Positions 47,777 to 64,000 of a stretch of DNA of 64,000 bases are shown here, piece after piece. Origin of the DNA: Amoebidium appalachense (taxonomy: Eukaryota; Protista; Ichthyosporea); the NCBI GenBank assembly GCA_963693365.1, contig CAVNZM010000001.1, positions 12,054,161 to 12,118,160 on the forward strand. Direction: 5' to 3'. The notes beneath the pieces are model-generated. The model had not been told where the DNA came from. It did no database searches and was given only the letters and a program-made list of their open reading frames with translations. The translations under genes were made by a program, and so were the position numbers. Each line of letters starts with the position of its first letter. The stretch's first letter is position 1.

Positions 47777-49076
47777 AGCGGGGGATTGTAATGGGGGTTA
47801 CGGGATTGAAAGCCGGGCTGATAGAAAACAGCAAACCCACACCAACAGCAAGAATGCCTCAGGCTCTTATGCACGTCATGCACCGTCAAGACACACACAC
47901 AGATAACCTTAAACTAGCCACACACCCCAAACGAAGTACAGCCACCCCTTCCTTCCCCCCCCCCCCCCCCCCCCCCCCCCCGCCTCTTCCTCCCATCCCC
48001 AGTGGGCCGCCATCCACCACACACACACAACGTTTTCCATGCCCAAACACCCCCCTCCCTCCCTCTGCGGCTTCCCTTTCTCTCGGTTCCTTCCACCCAC
48101 ATACACGCCACTTGAATCAACACAAACACAGCCTTTGGCAGTCATATCTGCCCACACCCACATCCCCACACATACAACCGTATAGCACACTTAAGGATGT
48201 ATTGCACGAGCCAATCAGCAACACCACTTCATAATCAACCAATCAGACACCTGATCACCCCCACCCTGACACGAAACAATATTTTCACTAAATGGCTAAA
48301 TGCACGTAATTCATCCGTATTTACCCGACTAATAACCGACAACACCACCACATCTTTTTAACTAATTATCCTTTAATTGTCATTAATTACCTCCAGTCCT
48401 TATCCTTGGGGTCCACCACCTCGACCACCTGAGTCACCGTCTTGGCCGCCGACAGCTCCGGTGATCCCACCGTCACCTTGACGGGGTTTGAAAGGAACTC
48501 GCTGGCAAGCGCTCGAATTTCCTTGGGCCATGTGGCACTGTAGAGAAAAGTGGAGTCAGAAACTCGCTGTGGGAATACAGGATTCATTCTCTCTCTCTCT
48601 CTTTCTCTCTCCATGTATGCATCCCCCGTCCCCCCCCCCCCCGCTCCCCCCCCCCCCCCCTCCCCTCTCTCTTTCTCCCTCCCCCCCCCCCCCCCCGCTC
48701 CCGTGCATGTGTGTATGTGTGTGTATGAGCGGTGGGGGTTTACATTCAAGCGCACGTCCTGACCTTTCTTGTAAATGCCTGTATATGTGTGGACCAAACT
48801 GTGTGTGCTCGTGTGCTTTCAATGTGTGTTCATGTGTGTGCAGGACTGCCTGTTGTTGTTGTGTGTTGTCCGTGGAAATGTTAGATTCCCCTGTGTCCCT
48901 AAATGTTATAACAAGATTGCCATAGTCGTGGTGTGTAATCACCTGCATGTACCCGAAAGAGTCAAATCAAAATGAGTAACCCGTGCCAAAAACACCTCCA
49001 GCAACTTCTGACGTCTCTAATCGAGTCAATTTGAGCTGGGACAGCGCACATCACACATTCGCACCACACCGACATA

Positions 49077-49118
<42 letters not shown>

Positions 49119-50331
49119 AAACCCCTACCTGAACATGACGGTCTGCCTCTTTGCCTTGATGGCGCCAATGATGCGCCTAATGTCGGGCTCAAACCCCATG
49201 TCAAGCATCCGGTCGGCCTGTTTGGGTATATTCCCCCAATTAGGAAAAGAGAGCAATTGCACACGGGTTGAACTTATGGCATGAACAGATCTGGGGAGGG
49301 GAGGGAGGGGGGGGGGGGGGGGAGGTGGGGAGGAAGTTTGTTGGGGTTTGATAAGAAACAAGAAGCACGGAGAGGCTGCAGAGCTAGAAGAACACATAAA
49401 GAGATCCCAGCCTCCCCCCCCCCCCCTCCCCTTCCTCCAAATAAGGAAATAAATAAAGGGGACGGGGAGAGGGGGGAAGACGTGGGGAAGGACGGCTGTG
49501 TGTGTGTTTGTGTGGTGTGTCTGTGTGTGTGCACGTGTTTGTCTGTGCCCGCGCGTGTGTGTGTGTGCAGCACATGATGTGTGTGTGGGTGCTTGTGTGT
49601 GTGTGTGTGTGTGTGTGTGTCCGCGCGTGCTTGCTTGTGCATCCATCTATCCAAAACATATATCTACACACCTCATCCAGCACGAGATAGCCGACATTCG
49701 ACAGATCACATGCGCCCTCCTCCATGTGGCCCAGCAGTCTGCCCGGTGTGGCCACAACCACGTGCAGACCCTGACGCAGCTCACTGGCCTGCGTCTGCTT
49801 GCTGACCCCCCCGTAGATGCACGCACTGTGTGGGGGTTATGTGAGAATTTGCACGGGGAAAAGAAAAAAGAAGAGCTACATGGCATGAACAAAGAATATA
49901 CAGAAAGAAAAACGAAGGGCAAATCACAAAGTGTCAATCCGAACAACCGATGTACCTTCGATGGTTCATGGTTGGTGCCCCTTTCTCTGCCCAGCCAATA
50001 ACCCATCCTTATGCTGTGCACACACGGCAACTCATGCTGCCCTCCCCCCTTCCCCCCCCCAACCCCTCCTTTCCCCCTTCGGGATTCAATAGCTCGTATG
50101 TAACCCATGGCCGCCACATCAGCACGGTGAGCCTTCCTCCGCCAGCTCACAATCACAAACCATCGTAACCACAACCATATCCAACCCGTTCACGTGTCCT
50201 TATCGCTTCAGTCACCAAACCTGTACACACACACTTACGCACACACACACATCTTGACCACGCACGTGCCTGCCAACTTCTTATACACCACTGGCAAAAT
50301 CGGCACACTCACAACTTCCTCTGTCTTCCTG

Positions 50332-50366
<35 letters not shown>

Positions 50367-51196
50367 CTTGACTCCACACGTGCCCGCCATCTTCCTATAC
50401 ACCTCCTCAATCTGCATGGCCAGCTCGCGGGTGGGCGCAAGAACCAATACCAACGGTCCCTTTCTTCCCTTATTTGGCGCGAGGGGCGCCTGCGTCGAAA
50501 TGTACACGGCGGAGGGAACGGCAAATGCGATCGTTTTTCCCGATCCGGTGGCGGCGATTCCGATCATGTCACGGCCAGACAGGCACACGGGCCAGGCCTG
50601 AGCCTGAATTGAGGTTGGCTCCTTGAAGGTGCCGCATATCTGCACGGTGATTGGTTGAGGTGGTGTGGAGGTGGTGGGGGTGGGGAAGGGAGAAGGGTGG
50701 GGAGAGGAGGGGCGGATTTGAGAGAGAGGGAGGCGGAGATTGGGGGAGGGGGGGGAGGGACAAGGGTGTGTGTGAGAGAGTGATTGAGTGAGAGAACGAG
50801 TGTGAAGAGGGGGAGGAGAAGACACATAAGGGGGAAAGAAAAAAGAAAAAGAGAGGGGCCTAGAATAGGCAGAGAGGGCAGACCGCGGGGAAAAGGGGGG
50901 GGGGGGGGGGGGGGGGGTTCTACCCATGGGAAGCAGGAGATAAGGGGACCACGAGGAGTCACTGTGAAGTGGAAATACAGACATATTGGTAGGCATGTGC
51001 AGATGAAGAGGGTTGGGTTGGGGGGGTGGGGGGGGGGGGGTTAGAGTGAGATGGGATGGGGAGGGGGGAGGGAGGGAGGGCAGGTTTGGATTGTTCGGTT
51101 GTAAAAACAAAAAAAAAAACTTAAAGCGGTCCCCACGAAAACCAAGGAGAGGGGGCCGGGGGTGGTAGGATTAGCGGGCGGATGGTTGGGCGCCAA

Positions 51197-51243
<47 letters not shown>

Positions 51244-53695
51244 ATAACTGTGGCATCGTTGTGTGGGTTGTACGTGTATGCATGTTCGTGTGTAGTCTGT
51301 GTGTGCAGTGTGGGAGTGTGAGTGTGCAGGTGTGTGTGCATGTGTTGGCTGGTGCTTGGTGTGTATGAGAGCTGTGTGTGTTTGTGTTGTAAATTAAATG
51401 CAAAGAACATAAACATACTATATCTGTCACGGGTGCTTGTGTGTGTGTATCTGCTGTGCGCAGATAACTGCAATGCAGCATGTGCATGTGTGTTTGTGCG
51501 TGTGTGGTGTAGAAGGGGGAGGGCGAGGGCGCGGGGGGGGGGAGGGGGGGGGGGGGGGGGAGTGCTTGCATGGTGCATGCATGCAAACACAGATATGCCT
51601 ATGTATAAGCGGTTTAATAGTCTAAAGCGTGCACTCACCGACATGATATTCTTTGGCACACACTCTGCGTCAGCAAACAGCCGGATGGGCTTGTACTCCT
51701 GGTCGGACTCAACCGTGATGCCCTGGGTAACGAAAAGGGTTAATATTGAGATTGCAAATGATCAGAGGTGAGTGAATGAAAGTGTAGTAGAAACGAGCGT
51801 GTGGGACGGTCCACGGGAGGCAGGCGGGCAGGGGAGGGGGGGGGGGGGGGGGAAGAAAAGGAGAATACCGTAGCATGTGTGTGTGTGTGTGTATGTGTGT
51901 GTGTGTGCATTCGTGAGTTATGATGTGTGTGCTTGCGTGGGTTTGTGCATGTGTGCTTTTGTTTGTGCGTGTGTACGGGTCCATGTGCATGTGCATGCGC
52001 ATGTGTGTGCCCTTTGTGTGTGTGTGTGTGTGTGTGCGCGCGCGCGTGTGTTATTACCGGTCGGTTGATGTCATAAGCTACCAAGTGTGTTACTCTCCCC
52101 TCCCCCTCCGGGGGGAGGGGGAGGGGGTTTTGAATGCGTCAAAAAGTACGAAGTACACAAGAACAAACGGATAACACGATGCAGAATGCAAGGAGGAAAA
52201 GAGGGGGGGGGGGAGGGGGGGGGGGGGGGGTAAGGGGAAGAACACAGTAGACGGACGAATTGCAATTCAAACCCACCAAGGATACCAAAAGGCAGCCAGA
52301 CTAAGAATGCAACATAAAAATATTGAGCATAGAGCCCATCCTCTAATAATGGGAAGCACATGTCCAGGGGGGGAAGGGGGGGGGGGGGGGGGGGGGAGGG
52401 GGGGGGGGGGCAGGGTATGTGGAATGGGCGATGGTTTGGTGGAGGTGGTGTGTTTGTGTGTATACAGGGGGGGGTCGGAGTGGGGGGAGGGGGGAGGGGG
52501 GGGGGCATGCGCGCCAGCTCCTCGCAGGCTTTGAAGTTTACATATCATTTACATTCCTTTCACTTCGGTGACCTGAATTCGACCTACAGCTTATCAGGCA
52601 GCTCCCCCCTCTCCCCCCTCCCCTGAAAAAAGCACACAAACTACCCACCCACCTCTTCAACCCCCCATAAAGATTTGTCTCTACATGCAGAGCAACACAT
52701 GCTCTGCCCTTGCTTGAGGCCAATGCTCTTACACTCGCTCACGTGCACAACCACACGTGTAACAAAGCAGAACTTTGCAAAGCATACGTCTTGTAAAAGC
52801 AAAGCAGCTGGCCATCCCCTTCCCGCTACCCCCCCGCCCCCCGCGCCCTTCTTTTCAGATCTCACTTTAGCCGACGACACATGCACACCCGACGCACACA
52901 CACACACCTTGCTTTCTCTGTATTTCGCAACCTCTGCGGCCGTCATGGCCGCCGTAGCCGCACCCTCGTAATAGCTCCCCGTAGACTGCTCCTTCTTTGA
53001 TTTCTTTGCCTCCTTAGACTTCACCTCCTCCCCATTTTCCGCCTCTGCCTTTCTCTTAACACCCTTAACTTCCTCCTGTGCGTCTTCCCCCTTAACCTTT
53101 TTGCTCTTTTTCTTCTTTCCTTCGCTAGCTGGCTCTGCTTCCTCCTCATCTTCCGTCACCTTCTTCTTCTTTTTCTTCTTTTTTTCCTCGCCGCCATTCT
53201 GTTTCGATTCTGAGCTGGTTTCCTCTACGGTTTCGGCACTGTCACTGCTCTTCTTCTTCTTCTTCTTCTTCTTCTCAGTTTCAAAATTCTCCGTCTCCTC
53301 TGGAGCTGCTTCCTCAGTTGTTCTGGAAGATGCAAGTACCTGTCAGGTTTTGGCGTGTACCATTTGCCAATCCCTTGCCCGCACCACTCACAGCACAGAA
53401 TATTGCAGTTTACTACCACACAGATCCGGGTATGCTCATGCGCAAAAAAACAACATGTGAGCGGATACTAAGCCAAAAAAGATGGCGTAAAGAGCACCAC
53501 TTACTCTTTCGCCTTCTTCTTCTTCTTCTTCTCTTTCTTGTCCTCTGCCGGGCTGACCTCCACATCAGCAACCACCGCCTGGGCATCGGCCATTTCTACA
53601 TCCTCCGACTCTGTCTTCTTCTGTTTTTTCACCTTCTTAGATTTCTTTACACTCTGAACCTCATGGGGCTCCTTAGAGGAGATTTCCACAGCCAT
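45198..53695 (-). CDS. DBP3: DEAD-box RNA helicase Dbp3 (ribosome biogenesis), ~12 exons
   Basis: Lys/Glu-rich N-terminus; PTSIQ, ATGSGKT, APTRELA, TPGRL, DE|AD (split by an intron), S|[27 protein letters not shown]; Dbp3-type tail [12 protein letters not shown]...[12 protein letters not shown]. Confidence 0.92.
46809..47008. repeat. Perfect 98-bp tandem duplication in a DBP3 intron
   Basis: ATGGGTGTGAAATACAGC...ACTCCACAGGATGC occurs twice. Confidence 0.92.
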
Positions 53696-54513
53696 TTTGA
53701 AATTATTGACCTAAACTGCTACACTCCCCTACAAATTGTTGGCCGTAATCGACCAAGACAGGTGTGTTTTTGCTAGACCTAGAGCATGCACGTGTGCAAA
53801 CTGAAACAAGACATGCTATTTATACATACCACTTGGAGCTGGCTAAGCCAGTCAGATGAACGAGCACCGATAACCCAAAAGATGAGCCAATCATACAAGA
53901 GCCACATGTACAATGCGCAAGATGGTATATTGCGTACCTGATTTTACAACTCTAAACTGAAAGTTGCTTTTCTTAAAACATATGACAAAATGTATAAAGT
54001 TTAAAACTCAAAGGGCTCACTGAGCCTGACGGTAACCCTTAAAATTTCAGGTACCTAGAAAACCCGAGGTTTTGCATTATATTGACAAATTCAGTAAAAT
54101 TTATGTATAATCTTTTATTTATAACTTCACTTTCTTGTATACTGTATAAATATAGCACGGCGAGGTGCTCGATGGCCTTGCCTCCTTGGTCGGTGGAACG
54201 GCCTGGTTGAGGCCTGAACCCAAATATGGCTTTACAATAGAGCATACGATTGGCTATAGTTTTGGCGCCTCTTTGAGTAAGGTGGTGCCGCCTAGGCCAA
54301 TCACGTTTATACACGTTTTGAAAGGTTCCGGACGTTCGACTGTGCGCATGCAAAGCCCCTCGCAGTGGAGCAATAAGAAAGAAAGAGAAAAGAGTTTTTA
54401 TAGGACCTATATATTCATTCGTTTTCATGCGAAGTTAGTTTTATTCTGTTTCGCCCGAGCTAAAAATTACCTTCTCGTGCTGAAGATTGCTCAAAGACCG
54501 GCAAATTTGCAAC
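53696..54513. promoter_or_regulatory. Putative bidirectional promoter between DBP3 and RPAP3
   Basis: 818-bp microsatellite-free spacer between divergent ATGs, with CCAAT boxes AGCCAATCA (~53885), GATTGGCT (~54248) and GGCCAATCA (~54295), and TGCGCATGC (~54343). Confidence 0.55.
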
Positions 54514-63820
<9,307 letters not shown>

Positions 63821-64000
63821 TTCCCTGCCGGGCCCCGAAATAGTGTCGGCTGGAGTGTTTTTGGGCGGATACCCAAAATGTATCGGTTGTGTTGGGTGGA
63901 TGAAGGAAGACGGCAGCATGTGTACCCATGAATTGGTTGTCTCAAATATCTGCTTGCGAGTCTCCCCGCCCTCGTTTTCCCACCAGTTTCCGTAAAATAT

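Overview
Eukaryotic nuclear DNA with spliceosomal introns, a Pol III tRNA gene and CCAAT boxes. The organism cannot be named from this window, but it retains a minor spliceosome. Introns are packed with (CA/GT)n, (GA/TC)n and G/C homopolymers, which produce most of the spurious ORFs in the supplied track. Splicing exons by hand gives: a class C (GABA-B-like) GPCR whose ectodomain resembles a bacterial sugar-binding protein (-, ~2.0-10.8 kb); a near-intact APE-RT LINE (-, ~12.5-17.2 kb); an EGLN/PHD-like 2OG-Fe(II) oxygenase; tRNA-Ala(AGC); MCTS1/TMA20 with an AT-AC U12 intron; a secreted protein built from six phase-1/1 Cys-rich exons plus a tachylectin-like propeller; a disrupted RCC1 paralogue; and a head-to-head DBP3/RPAP3 pair. 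The most notable signals are the AT-AC intron, (CA)n-CAG acceptors often paired with (GT)n or G-rich donor ends, a ~140-nt element found five times and always sense inside introns, the LINE frameshift and (CA)n tail, and a possible 28-nt intron. All calls are by eye; no database searches were run, and homopolymer assembly errors are likely.
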